Below, piece by piece: positions 20,660-31,682 of a stretch of 64,000 nucleotides of DNA. The notes beneath the pieces were generated by a model that saw only the letters and a program-made list of their open reading frames with translations, ran no database searches and had not been told where the DNA came from. This stretch comes from Alphaproteobacteria bacterium (GTDB lineage: Bacteria; Pseudomonadota; Alphaproteobacteria; UBA828): NCBI GenBank assembly GCA_965237415.1, contig CBDEFM010000002.1, positions 3,200,001-3,264,000 on the forward strand, written 5' to 3'. How positions within the stretch are numbered: the first letter of the stretch is position 1; every line of letters begins with the position of its first letter. Both the position numbers and the translations under genes were made by a program.

Positions 20660-21565
20660 CTAATCCGGCGATTTGTCAAGAATGCGTTTCATCCTTTCGC
20701 CTAAGGAGAAATCGGCCGATACCGGTGAAAAATTCCCTCCGCCACCCTCGGGATTAAACGTGATTTCTCCCGCCTTTATCACATCATTCGGCAGCAAGTA
20801 TAGGTCCACGCGGCATATCGGAAAATCATGCGAGAGCGCCGGCGCAACTTCAAGTGCAGCATCGAGTGTTGTCGGCCTATCGATCGCAACAGGATTCCGT
20901 GGAAACTTAAATCCAACATCCAACAGCTCCCAATCCGTGGAATAAAGCTGCCGTGTGTGTTTGTCGAAGCGGTCGATATCCACTTGAATCATCAATGGTT
21001 GTCCACGGCACAAGAAGAATTTGTAGTCCATGGGAATATCATTTCCAGAATCCAACAAGAGTTGTTCGCATATAAGCCTCTTTCGAACACCCTTGTAGGT
21101 CTTCTCTCTGCTTTTCCTGTAATAGTCGGTACTAAGCCATTTCTTCACATTTGATAGCTCGTCAACGCGCAATTTTCTGGATTCGTAGAAGGGGAGCACC
21201 CAGCCGCTCAAGTGGGTTGGCTTAAGTATGGTGTTCTCTTCAAAGATGACATTCCGGATCTCTTCCACACTATTGTAGAGACCGACGGTAGGAACGACAA
21301 GATCGTCAAATCCCTTTTCCCTTAGCCAATCCTTGAAGAAGTACTTGTCTGTCAGCCGCCGTGCAAGCTCGATATCGCCTCGAAAGCGCCACTTGTTTGA
21401 CAGGATGTGCTCATTGAAGGAGCGGGGAGAGGAAACGTGTGGTACGTAGCCCAGCCTGGCCCACCCGTGAATATAGTTGAGGAGATCGTCGGTGAGATCC
21501 CCGGTGGGAAGCGTCTGTTTCGCGACGGAAATCGCTTTCGCAAGAAGTCTCCGAAGACGTCTCAT
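20660..21565 (-). CDS. TupA-like ATP-grasp amidoligase, low GC
   Basis: PRSFNE, TDKY, ILKPTH.SG, ICEQLL, DYKFF, RVDLY, GEITFNP; GC about 45-50% in sampled lines. Confidence 0.85.
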   Translation of the reverse strand: MRRLRRLLAKAISVAKQTLPTGDLTDDLLNYIHGWARLGYVPHVSSPRSFNEHILSNKWRFRGDIELARRLTDKYFFKDWLREKGFDDLVVPTVGLYNSVEEIRNVIFEENTILKPTHLSGWVLPFYESRKLRVDELSNVKKWLSTDYYRKSREKTYKGVRKRLICEQLLLDSGNDIPMDYKFFLCRGQPLMIQVDIDRFDKHTRQLYSTDWELLDVGFKFPRNPVAIDRPTTLDAALEVAPALSHDFPICRVDLYLLPNDVIKAGEITFNPEGGGGNFSPVSADFSLGERMKRILDKSPD

Positions 21566-21613
21566 CCCTTGTTTCGCTATGGGCCATCCAGGCCTGGCGT
21601 GCGGCCGCGCCGC

Positions 21614-22114
21614 TCAAGCGGCGGCGATGACCGCCCGTTTGGGCAGCCGCGCCGGAACCCGCCCGCCCAGCACATCCAGCAGCACCTCGATCCGTTCACG
21701 CGGCGCGAGCCGCAGGACAACCGCCGCGCATTCTACGAAGGGGCCGGTGGCGATGGTGACGGCATCGCCCGGCTGCAAATCGGGGGGCGCAGGTGTGCTC
21801 ACGCCGTCGGTCCCGGTCGCCTCCCGCAGCGCGGTGACGAAGTCTTTGGGGACGGCCTGCGGGCGCGGGCCGTCGGCGAGAAGCCGCCTCACCCCGAAGG
21901 TACCGTTGATCGCGCGCCACGGCTCGCGCCCAACATCGAGTTCGACGAACAGATATTGGGGAAAAAGCGGCGCCCGCCCGGTCTCGATGCGTTTCGCCCG
22001 CCGGCGGGAGCGCTCCATCACCGGCAGCCAGACCCGATACCCCTGGCGCGCCAGGTTGATCTCGGCTCGCTGCTCCTGATGGGGCCGCGTATGGACCACG
22101 TACCATCGGTTCAT
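21614..22114 (-). CDS. rfaH: NusG paralogue, RfaH-like transcription antiterminator
   Basis: WYVVHTRPHQE..A..NL..QGY, PLFPQYLFV, INGTFGV, KOW motif PGDAVTIATGPF. Confidence 0.85.
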   Translation of the reverse strand: MNRWYVVHTRPHQEQRAEINLARQGYRVWLPVMERSRRRAKRIETGRAPLFPQYLFVELDVGREPWRAINGTFGVRRLLADGPRPQAVPKDFVTALREATGTDGVSTPAPPDLQPGDAVTIATGPFVECAAVVLRLAPRERIEVLLDVLGGRVPARLPKRAVIAAA

Positions 22115-22360
22115 CGGCACTCCTCGTTCGGCTCGACTAGCGGCGCGGGCGTGAGGGCCACAGGCTCGCGCACGATGCACAACAAGGGCGGCGCCAGCAC
22201 CTGCCGGTCCGGCACCGCCCCGCCCACCATATCCGCGATGGCCGTCCGATGAAACAAAAGGAGGACGTGAGCGGTCTTCCACCGAGACGAGGAGGATAGC
22301 CGCCCGGCGTCCGCTCCACTAACATCCCTGCCGCGAGTTGGTGAACCTGCCGGAGAGACG

Positions 22361-23293
22361 ATGAGCACGATCAAGGAGACCGAGTGGATCTGGCGCAACG
22401 GGCAATTCGTACGCTGGCAGGACGCCACGGTCCATATCCTGGCCACCGCCGTTCAATTCGGCTCCTCGGTCTTCGAGGGTATCCGCTGCTACGACACCGA
22501 GCGCGGCCCCGCCATCTTCCGCTTGGCCGAGCACTTGAAGCGGCTCCGCAATTCCGCGCGGATCTACCGTATGGAGACCGTCTACAGCGACGAGGAGCTG
22601 ACGGAGGCCTGCTTCGCCCTGATACGGCGCAACGGGTTCCGCCACTGCTACATCAGGCCGGTGATCATGCGCGGCTACGGCGCGATCGGGATGGACGGCG
22701 TCGGCAGCCCGATCGAGACCTACATTCCGGCTTGGGAGTGGGGTGCCTATCTCGGCGCGGACGCGCTGGAAAAGGGCGTCGACGTCTGTGTCTCCTCATG
22801 GAGCCGCGCCGCCCCCAACACCTTCCCCGGCATGGCCAAGGCGACCGGGCACTACAACAACGCGCAGCTCATCAAGCTGGAGGCGATGGCCAACGGCTTC
22901 GTCGAGGCGATCGCGCTCACCCACGACGGGCTGATCAGCGAGGGCAGCGGCCAGAACCTCTTCGCGGTGATGGACGGCGCCGTGCTGACGCCGCCGATCG
23001 ACGGCAGCAACCTCTCCGGCGTCACGCGCAACGCGGTGCTGACGATCGCGGCCGACCTCGACGTGCCCGTCCGCGAGTGCACGATGCCCCGCGAGTTGCT
23101 CTATTGCGCCGACGAGCTGTTCTTCTCGGGCACCGCGGCGGAGATCACGCCAATCCGCTCCGTCGACCATATCGCCATCGGCCCTGGAGGGATCGGCCCG
23201 GTCACACGGCGGATACAGCGGCGCTTCGCCGACATCGTGAACGGCCGCTCCAACGACGATCACGGTTGGCTGACTCTGGTCCCGCCCTCCTGA
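22361..23293 (+). CDS. ilvE: Branched-chain amino acid aminotransferase
   Basis: FEGIRCY, AKATGHY, SEGSGQNLF, GVTR, FFSGTAAEITP. Confidence 0.93.
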   Translation: MSTIKETEWIWRNGQFVRWQDATVHILATAVQFGSSVFEGIRCYDTERGPAIFRLAEHLKRLRNSARIYRMETVYSDEELTEACFALIRRNGFRHCYIRPVIMRGYGAIGMDGVGSPIETYIPAWEWGAYLGADALEKGVDVCVSSWSRAAPNTFPGMAKATGHYNNAQLIKLEAMANGFVEAIALTHDGLISEGSGQNLFAVMDGAVLTPPIDGSNLSGVTRNAVLTIAADLDVPVRECTMPRELLYCADELFFSGTAAEITPIRSVDHIAIGPGGIGPVTRRIQRRFADIVNGRSNDDHGWLTLVPPS

Positions 23294-23340
23294 GCGGGAT
23301 CGCGGCACCCAGCGCGCCCGGAACATCGGGGAGGATCTGC

Positions 23341-24141
23341 ATGACCCAGAGCCACGATTCGGCGGCCGCGCTCGCCGAGCGGCTCTTCGCCGAACACGCC
23401 GAGGGCCGGCCGTTCCGCCGCCTGCAGGTCAGCGACCGGCCCGCGTCGCTTGACGAGGGATACCGCGTCCAGCACCTGCTCAACCGGCGCTTCGCAGAGG
23501 CCGGACGGGGTGTTCCTGCGGGCTACAAGGTGGGCCTCACCTCCGAGGCCATCCAGACGATGTACGGGAGCGACCAGCCGATCAGCGGCGTGGTCTTCGA
23601 GACCGCGGTGCACCGCTCGCCCGCCAGGATCGCGCTCGCCGATTACACCCATCTCGGGATCGAGTTCGAGCTTGCCGTGGAGGTTGGCGAAGCCTTCCGG
23701 CCCGAGGATGCACCCTTCGCCCTCGACGATGCGGCAGCCCGAGTTGCGGCCTGCATGCCGGCCTTCGAGCTGATCGAGGACCGCCATGCCGACCACGACG
23801 ACGTCGACGCTCTCTCCATCCTCGCGGACAACGCATGGTGCGCCGGAGTCGTTCTGGGGTCGAGCCGCACCGATTGGCGCACGCTCGATCTCGCCACGAC
23901 GCCGGTTTCCCTGCGGTTCAACGACACCCCGCCGGCTGCGGCCGCGACCGGCGCCGCCATGGGGAATCCGCTGAACTCGCTGGTCTGGCTCGCCAACCGG
24001 CTCGCTTCGAGGGGGACGACGCTCGAGGCCGGCATGGTCGTGATGACAGGGAGCACGCTCGCGACGCAGTTTCCCGAGGCGGGCGATCGCTTCGTCTACG
24101 AGATCGAGGGGCTGGGCACGGTGGAGGCCACGATCGTCTGA
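23341..24141 (+). CDS. 2-keto-4-pentenoate hydratase / FAA-hydrolase family protein
   Basis: GYKVGLTS, IEFELA, PAFELIEDR, ADNA, GNPL, VMTGS. Confidence 0.88.
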   Translation: MTQSHDSAAALAERLFAEHAEGRPFRRLQVSDRPASLDEGYRVQHLLNRRFAEAGRGVPAGYKVGLTSEAIQTMYGSDQPISGVVFETAVHRSPARIALADYTHLGIEFELAVEVGEAFRPEDAPFALDDAAARVAACMPAFELIEDRHADHDDVDALSILADNAWCAGVVLGSSRTDWRTLDLATTPVSLRFNDTPPAAAATGAAMGNPLNSLVWLANRLASRGTTLEAGMVVMTGSTLATQFPEAGDRFVYEIEGLGTVEATIV

Positions 24142-24187
24142 GCCGCCACGCAGGCAGCGTGCGCAATGGAAACCGCAGCCGCTCCGC

Positions 24188-25339
24188 CTACGACGAGCTG
24201 CCGCCGGGGCGGCGCGTGATGACGACGTCGCGGTGGACGCCCACGCAGAGCAGCAGCCCGAGACCCAGCATCAGGCTCAACATGGCGCTCCCGCCATAGG
24301 AGATCAGCGGGAGTGGCAGGCCGACGATGGGGATGAGCCCGATCACCATCGCGATATTGAAGAAGACGTGGAAGAAGAACGTGATCGTGATCCCCATGCC
24401 GAGCATGCGGCCAAAATGGTTGTTGCTCCGGGTGGAGATCACCACGCCGTAGGTGGCGATCCCCAAGTACAGCAGGAGCACGCCGGCCACGCCGAAGAAT
24501 CCCAGCTCCTCCGCCATCATCGTGAAGATGAAATCGGTCTGCTTCTCCGGCAGGAAGTTGAGGTGGCTTTGGGTCCCCTGCAGATATCCCTTGCCGAACA
24601 TGCCGCCGGAACCCAGCGCGATCTTCGACTGCAGGATGTGGTACCCCGCGCCCAGCGGATCCGCTTCGGGATCGAAGAAGATCAGAATGCGCGTCTTCTG
24701 ATAGTCGTGCAGGAATTGCCAGGCGATCGGGCCGGAGCCGAGTACGAGCACGATGCCTACACCGATCTTCCATGCCTTGATTCCCGCCAGGAACAGCATG
24801 ATCCCGCCGCCAAGCGCCAGCAGCAGCGCAGTCCCCAGGTCGGGCTGGCGCAGGATCAGCGCGGCGGGTGCGAGGATCATGAGCAGCGGCGGGAGGTAGG
24901 TCCGGATGCGCCCGAGTGCGTCGAGGGCGACGCCGTGGAAATAGCGCGCGAGTGCCAGCACCAGCGCGATCTTCATGAGTTCCGATGGCTGTAGCTGGAT
25001 CACGCCGAGGTCGATCCAGCGCTGCGCGCCCATGACCGCCGCGCCGAGATGATCGACGCCGACCAGCAGGGCGAAGGCGAGGCCGTAAATCGTGTAGGCC
25101 GCGCGCAGCCAGAAGCCGATGTCGATCATCGCCACTGCGAGCATCACCAGGAGACCCGCGCCGAACCACACCATCTGGCGCGATGCCCACGGTTCGGTGG
25201 AACCGCCCGAGGCGGAAATCAGCATCCCGATGCCGACCGCACCGATGGTGCAGACGAGGACGACCAGGAACCATTCGAGCCTGAGGAGCCGCTCGGCAAT
25301 CCGAAAGCCCTGATGGCTGCCAACGTCCAGTTGTGCCAT
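24188..25339 (-). CDS. rodA: Rod shape-determining SEDS protein RodA
   Basis: GAQRWI, QPSELMK, QPDLGT, LPEKQTDFIF, ISYGGS. Confidence 0.96.
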   Translation of the reverse strand: MAQLDVGSHQGFRIAERLLRLEWFLVVLVCTIGAVGIGMLISASGGSTEPWASRQMVWFGAGLLVMLAVAMIDIGFWLRAAYTIYGLAFALLVGVDHLGAAVMGAQRWIDLGVIQLQPSELMKIALVLALARYFHGVALDALGRIRTYLPPLLMILAPAALILRQPDLGTALLLALGGGIMLFLAGIKAWKIGVGIVLVLGSGPIAWQFLHDYQKTRILIFFDPEADPLGAGYHILQSKIALGSGGMFGKGYLQGTQSHLNFLPEKQTDFIFTMMAEELGFFGVAGVLLLYLGIATYGVVISTRSNNHFGRMLGMGITITFFFHVFFNIAMVIGLIPIVGLPLPLISYGGSAMLSLMLGLGLLLCVGVHRDVVITRRPGGSSS

Positions 25340-27216
25340 CAGGCGGTCTCGTTCGGTCGTGGCACGGGCGTGAGGGAGCGTGCGCGCGCCGAGGGGTCAC
25401 GGCGCTGAACCTCGCGCAGGATGTCGCGTGCGATCGGCGCCGCTACGGAACCGCCGTCGCCTCCGTGCTCGACGACGACGGCGACGCCGTACCGCGGCCG
25501 CTCGAGCGGCGCGTAGGCGACGAAGAGCGCGTGGTCGCGCTCCTTCCACGGGCGGTCCTCGTTCTTCACCACGCCCGAGCGGCGCTCGCGCTCGGAAATC
25601 CGCCGTACCTGCACGCTTCCGGTCTTGCCGGCCATGGCGAGCGTCGGTTCCTCGATGCGCGCGCGGTAGGCGGTGCCCTTGGGGTCGTTCACGACCTTGA
25701 GCATGCCCTCGCGGACGATATTGAAGTGCGCCGGCGAGATTCCCATCGTGGAGAAGGTCTCGCGCTCCCGCGCAATCGGTTGCCCATCGCGGATGACCTC
25801 AGCCAGGACGCGCGGCTCGACCGCAATGCCGCCGTTCGCGATGCGCGCCACCATCACCGCGAGCTGGAGCGGTGTTGTGAGCAGGTAGCCCTGGCCGATG
25901 CCGACGATGAGCGTCTCACCGCCCTGCCAGGGCTCGCCGATCTTGGCGAGCTTCCACTCGCGTGTCGGCACCAGGCCCGGTTTCTCCCCCGGCAGCTCGA
26001 TGTCGAGCTTGCGGCCGAAACCGAACCGCTCCGCCATCGCGGCGATCCGGTCGATCCCGACACGCTTGGCGAGCTCGTAGAAGTAGACGTCGCACGATTC
26101 CGTGAGGCCTTTCACCATGGCGACGTGCCCGTGGCCGTAGCTCCGCCAGCATCGGAATCGGCGTTTCCCGAGCTTGAGAGATCCGGGGCAATAGAAGCTG
26201 TGATGCGGGCTGACCTCGCCGCTTTCGAGCGCGGCCAGCGCCACGATCATCTTGAACGTCGATCCCGGCGAATACTGGCCGGAGATCGACTTGTTGGTGA
26301 GTGGGAAGCGCGGATGGCCGATCAGCTCGCGCCACTGCCGCTGGCTGATGCCGGACGTGAACAGGTTGGGGTCGTAGCTCGGCATCGACGCCAGTGCCAG
26401 AATCTCGCCGGAATGGACATCGAGGACCACGGCCGATCCGCTCTCCTCGCCGAAGCGTGCCGAGACGTACTGCTGAAGCCCGAGGTCGATGGTCAGCATG
26501 TGGTCGTCGCCCGGTCGGCCGGTCCGGCGGCTGAGCTCGCGGATCACGCGACCATAGGCGTTGACCTCGACCTGTCGGGAGCCGGCTTCGCCGCGGAGCG
26601 AAGTCTCCAGCACCTTCTCGGCGCCGTTCTTGCCGATGCGGAAGTCCGGAAGCGTGAGCAGCGGATCGCCCGTCAGCTCCGATTCATTGACGGCGCCGAC
26701 GTAGCCGACGATGTGGACCGTGTCGGGCCCGAAGGAGTAGAGGCGGCGGCGGCCGACGTCGATCATCACGCCGGGCAGATCGGGCGCGTTGACCTCGATC
26801 TGCGAGACTTCCTCCCACGTCAGGTTCTCGCGGACCGTGATGGGAACGAACTTCTGCTTGCGCCTGGCCTCGCGCAGGACCCGCTCGCGATCGTGGTCTT
26901 CGATCGGCACCAGCTGAGCGATTTCGTCCAGGGCCCGGTTGAGATCCAGCGCCGCCTCAGGCACCAGGATCAGCCGATAGTTGAGCCGGTTCTCAGCGAG
27001 AATCTGGCCGAACCGGTCGAAGATGCGGCCCCGCGCCGGCGGCAGAAGCTGCATGTTGATGCGGTTCTCGTCGGCGAGAACCTGATAGCGCTCGGAGTCG
27101 ACGACCTGAAGTTGATAGAGCCGCCCGGCGAGGCCGGCCGTCAGCAGCGCCTGCGCGCCGCCCACGATGATGGCGCGGCGCGTGAAGAGGTTGGCGCGCC
27201 CTGTCTCGCCCCGCAT
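25339..27216 (-). CDS. mrdA: Penicillin-binding protein 2
   Basis: RGRIFDR, PGSTFK, SCDVYFY, GKTGS. Confidence 0.96.
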   Translation of the reverse strand: MRGETGRANLFTRRAIIVGGAQALLTAGLAGRLYQLQVVDSERYQVLADENRINMQLLPPARGRIFDRFGQILAENRLNYRLILVPEAALDLNRALDEIAQLVPIEDHDRERVLREARRKQKFVPITVRENLTWEEVSQIEVNAPDLPGVMIDVGRRRLYSFGPDTVHIVGYVGAVNESELTGDPLLTLPDFRIGKNGAEKVLETSLRGEAGSRQVEVNAYGRVIRELSRRTGRPGDDHMLTIDLGLQQYVSARFGEESGSAVVLDVHSGEILALASMPSYDPNLFTSGISQRQWRELIGHPRFPLTNKSISGQYSPGSTFKMIVALAALESGEVSPHHSFYCPGSLKLGKRRFRCWRSYGHGHVAMVKGLTESCDVYFYELAKRVGIDRIAAMAERFGFGRKLDIELPGEKPGLVPTREWKLAKIGEPWQGGETLIVGIGQGYLLTTPLQLAVMVARIANGGIAVEPRVLAEVIRDGQPIARERETFSTMGISPAHFNIVREGMLKVVNDPKGTAYRARIEEPTLAMAGKTGSVQVRRISERERRSGVVKNEDRPWKERDHALFVAYAPLERPRYGVAVVVEHGGDGGSVAAPIARDILREVQRRDPSARARSLTPVPRPNETA

Positions 27217-27217
27217 C

Positions 27218-27733
27218 TCACTCGGGCCGTGCGGCGGCGAGCGCGCCGAGAGGACGGAAGAACAACACGAATACCGGGAAGAGCAGAATCGTCAGGACGA
27301 CCTGCACGACGATCGGCAGCGGTGGAATGACCATACCGAAACAGGCGGAGCCGATGATCCAGCTGAGCAGCCCGATGGCCGGCATGACCATGGAGAAGCC
27401 CCACCAGACGACGAGAAAGGGCTTGCCGCGGAAAAACGTTCGCTGCGAGGCGACGACTCCTTGCACGATGAGAAGCACCAGCGCCGTCATGCCGAGCGGG
27501 GTGCCCGCCAGCAGGTCCTGCAGCAGGCCGATGGCGAAGGTCGCCGCATAGGGGAGTCGCTCCGGCCGGTAGATGGTCCAGTAGAAGATCGCCATCGCCG
27601 CGAGGGCCGGCGTGACCTCGACGACGCCGGGCAGCCGCCAGGGGAGCGAGCCGGCGAAGACGAACACCACCGTGACGGTCACCGGGATCAGGCCGCGCAA
27701 TGAGCGATCGGCCGATTGCAGCCATTCGCCCAT
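27218..27733 (-). CDS. mreD: Rod shape-determining protein MreD
   Basis: Hydrophobic, YW..YRP, GLLQDLL.G.PLG; synteny. Confidence 0.9.
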   Translation of the reverse strand: MGEWLQSADRSLRGLIPVTVTVVFVFAGSLPWRLPGVVEVTPALAAMAIFYWTIYRPERLPYAATFAIGLLQDLLAGTPLGMTALVLLIVQGVVASQRTFFRGKPFLVVWWGFSMVMPAIGLLSWIIGSACFGMVIPPLPIVVQVVLTILLFPVFVLFFRPLGALAAARPE

Positions 27734-28614
27734 CACTCAAGGCTCCCGGTGCGGGCGGCGCGGCGTGTCTCGGGGAAGACGCCCGGCACCACGTAATCGA
27801 GGACGGTGACGAAATCGAGCCGCTCCCAGACCACGAAGGGTTGCACCGTTGCCTGGTCCTTGTCGACCGCAGAAACGATTCCGACTTCGAGCGCCGGCGG
27901 GAACATCCCGCCTTCGCCCGACGTCACGATCCGGTCGCCGGGCTTCACCCTGGCGTCGGTCGCGAGGAAGGCGAGGTAAGGATTCGGGCTGTTGTCGCCG
28001 CGAAGGATCGTCCGGTCCCGGCTCTCCTCCAGGACCACGGGAATGCGCGAGTTCAGATCCGTGAGCAGGAGGATTCGCGCCGTATGGTCGCCCACCTCCA
28101 GCACGCGGCCGACCAGCCCGTCGTGGTTGACCACCGCCTGGCCCTTGCGCACGCCGTGGGTTTTGCCCGCGTTGACCATGACCATATGGATAAAGGGCCC
28201 GCCCGAATCCGCAATCACGCGGGCGGTGATGAACTGCGCCCTCTGATCGGGCACGACCTTGAGCATCCGGCGGAACATCTCGTTCTCGTAGCCCAGCTGC
28301 TCCGCCACCGCCTGCCACTTGCGGAGCTGGGCGTTGTCGTACTCGAGGCGTTCGTTGCGCTCGTGGACGGCCAGGATACCGTTAAGCTCGTCGAACCCGT
28401 CGGCGATGGTCGCCGCCGGGCGCGAGAAGAAGCTGAATAACGGGGCTACCGTGTCCGCGACGCCGACACGCAGCGTCTCGACCAAGCGGGGCTCCGCCTG
28501 GCTCAAGATCATCAGGGTTATCGCCGCACCGGCCAGAATCGCGTAGCCGAAGCGGTGGGCGAAGACCCTGCCCGGCACGGCCAGGACAAGATTGCGCCCC
28601 CGGCCAACCCTCAC
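27733..28614 (-). CDS. mreC: Rod shape-determining protein MreC
   Basis: TM segment, coiled coil, GLVGRV, TSGEGGMFP; synteny. Confidence 0.93.
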   Translation of the reverse strand: MRVGRGRNLVLAVPGRVFAHRFGYAILAGAAITLMILSQAEPRLVETLRVGVADTVAPLFSFFSRPAATIADGFDELNGILAVHERNERLEYDNAQLRKWQAVAEQLGYENEMFRRMLKVVPDQRAQFITARVIADSGGPFIHMVMVNAGKTHGVRKGQAVVNHDGLVGRVLEVGDHTARILLLTDLNSRIPVVLEESRDRTILRGDNSPNPYLAFLATDARVKPGDRIVTSGEGGMFPPALEVGIVSAVDKDQATVQPFVVWERLDFVTVLDYVVPGVFPETRRAARTGSLE

Positions 28615-28671
28615 TCAGACCTCCATACAGTACGCGGTGTATTCCGAATCGAGGCCCGCGTAGCGGGATGT

Positions 28672-29727
<1,056 letters not shown>

Positions 29728-29786
29728 CTAAACGGCAGCGGGGCGGGCCGGGGCGGGCAGACTGCAGCCGCAGCCCGCCCCGTCGT

Positions 29787-31337
29787 TCACGCTGACAACG
29801 CCTCCGGGGCCGTCTTCTGCCGCTTGACCAGAAGCTTGTTGAGCGCGTGCACATAGGCCAACACCGAGGCCACGATGGTATCGATATGTGCACTGTGCCC
29901 GTTCACAGTTCTCCCGTTCTCCTCCAGCCGCACGCTTACCTCGGCCTGCGCATCGGTCCCTTCGGTCACCGCGTGGACCTGATAAAGCTGCAGCTTGGCC
30001 TCGTGTGGATAGATCGCCTTGATGGCGTTGAACGCCGCATCCACGGGGCCGTTGCCCGTGGCACGCGCCTCGCTCTCCTCGCCGTCGACGCTGAGCGAGA
30101 GCGACGCCTCCTGCGGTCCTGACGATCCGCAGGATACCGAGAGAGATTCGAATCGGATCCGGTCGTTCGCGCCCGCGACCTCGGTGTCCACGAGCGCGAT
30201 GATGTCCTCGTCGAAGAGTTCTTTCTTCTTGTCGGCGAGGTCCTTGAAACGCACGAACGCTTCCTGAAGCGCGTTGTCGCCGAGCTCGGTATAGCCGAGG
30301 TTCCGCAGCTTCTCGCGGAAGGCATGCCGGCCCGAATGCTTGCCCATGACGAGCGTGGACTGCACGAGACCGACGGATTCGGGCGTCATGATCTCGTAGG
30401 TCTGTGCGTCCTTGAGGACGCCGTCCTGGTGAATCCCCGCTTCGTGGGCGAAGGCATTGGCGCCGACGATCGCCTTGTTCGGCTGCACGACGAAGCCGGT
30501 GACCGCCGAGACCAGGCGGGACGCCCGCATGATGTTCTCGGTCTTCACCCCGGTCTCGTAGCTGAGCAGGTCGTTGCGGGTGCGGATCGCCATGACGATC
30601 TCTTCCATCGCGGCGTTGCCCGCGCGCTCGCCGAGCCCGTTGATGGTGCACTCCACCTGCCGCGCGCCGGCCTGCACGGCGCTCAGCGAATTCGCGACCG
30701 CGAGGCCAAGATCGTTGTGGCAATGGACGGAGAGCACCGCCTTGTCGATGTTGGGCACCCGGTCGAAAAGCATTTCGATCAGCGCCGCGAACTCGTCGGG
30801 CACCGCGTAGCCGACCGTGTCGGGGATGTTGATGGTGCCCGCACCCGCCTTGATCGCCGATTCGACGCAGCGGCAGAGGAAGTCATGCTCGGTGCGCGAG
30901 CCGTCCTCGCAGGACCACTCGACATCGTCGGTGAACTTGCGGGCGTAGCTCACACTGTCGATCACCGCCGCATGGACGTCCTCGGGCTCCATCTGCAGCT
31001 TGACGCGCATGTGGAGCGGGCTGGTCGAGATGAAGGTGTGGATGCGCCCGGACCTTGCCGGCGCGAGCGCCTCGGCCGCCCGGTCGATGTCCCGCCGGCC
31101 TGCGCGGGCGAGGCCGCACACGGTGCTCTCAGTCACCACCTTGGCAACCTCGCGCACCGCTTCGAAATCGCCGTTCGACGCGATGGGGAAGCCCGCCTCG
31201 ATCACGTCGACCCTCATCTCCTCAAGGGTCTCGGCGATCCGGAGCTTCTCTTCCAGATTCATCGACGCGCCCGGCGACTGTTCGCCGTCGCGCATCGTTG
31301 TATCGAATATTCGGACTCGGTTCCCTGTATCGGTCAT
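29787..31337 (-). CDS. leuA: 2-isopropylmalate synthase
   Basis: DTTMRDGEQ, HCHNDLG, GERAGNA, HEAGIHQDG, GNGPVDA. Confidence 0.96.
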   Translation of the reverse strand: MTDTGNRVRIFDTTMRDGEQSPGASMNLEEKLRIAETLEEMRVDVIEAGFPIASNGDFEAVREVAKVVTESTVCGLARAGRRDIDRAAEALAPARSGRIHTFISTSPLHMRVKLQMEPEDVHAAVIDSVSYARKFTDDVEWSCEDGSRTEHDFLCRCVESAIKAGAGTINIPDTVGYAVPDEFAALIEMLFDRVPNIDKAVLSVHCHNDLGLAVANSLSAVQAGARQVECTINGLGERAGNAAMEEIVMAIRTRNDLLSYETGVKTENIMRASRLVSAVTGFVVQPNKAIVGANAFAHEAGIHQDGVLKDAQTYEIMTPESVGLVQSTLVMGKHSGRHAFREKLRNLGYTELGDNALQEAFVRFKDLADKKKELFDEDIIALVDTEVAGANDRIRFESLSVSCGSSGPQEASLSLSVDGEESEARATGNGPVDAAFNAIKAIYPHEAKLQLYQVHAVTEGTDAQAEVSVRLEENGRTVNGHSAHIDTIVASVLAYVHALNKLLVKRQKTAPEALSA

Positions 31338-31381
31338 GACGGGCATCCTTTCACCCCGGCGGCTACGACGGTCATCGCACT

Positions 31382-31520
31382 CCCCTGGACAGCGGCCGCG
31401 TGCGCGGCGCACCGCTCAGGGGCGAATAAGTCGCAGCCCGCGTGGGATGGGACATGCCGTGGTCGCCGCAACGCACGAATCGGTCCTGCCAGCCGGCTTA
31501 CTCTCCGTAGGCACCGTCAT
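31382..31520 (-). promoter_or_regulatory. Candidate leuA leader: 34-aa leader peptide plus long helix
   Basis: ORF 31520-31416 ends ...GLRLIRP* (CCC TGA); CCCCTG-AGCGG pairs with CCGCT-gtc-CAGGGG upstream of leuA. Confidence 0.5.
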
Positions 31521-31682
31521 CGGACCATCGCCCTCGACCCCATTCGCACGACATAGGCAACCGGTCGGCGCGGCACAAGGCCTATTCGCCGCCCCGAACT
31601 GCTGACCTTGTACGCCCAACCTCTTGGGCGAAGCAATGAATTTGTCGCCTGCCGCTAGTTTCCCTGTCCGTTCGGGGCCTCG

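Noticed and set aside
22115-22360. ops element for RfaH
   Set aside because: Only partial matches (e.g. GGCGGTGCC on the minus strand); GGCGGTAG not found
22384-24141. 585-aa ORF suggesting an ilvE-hydratase fusion or frameshift
   Set aside because: The upstream part is an alternate frame of ilvE; the hydratase has its own GGAGG RBS and ATG at 23341
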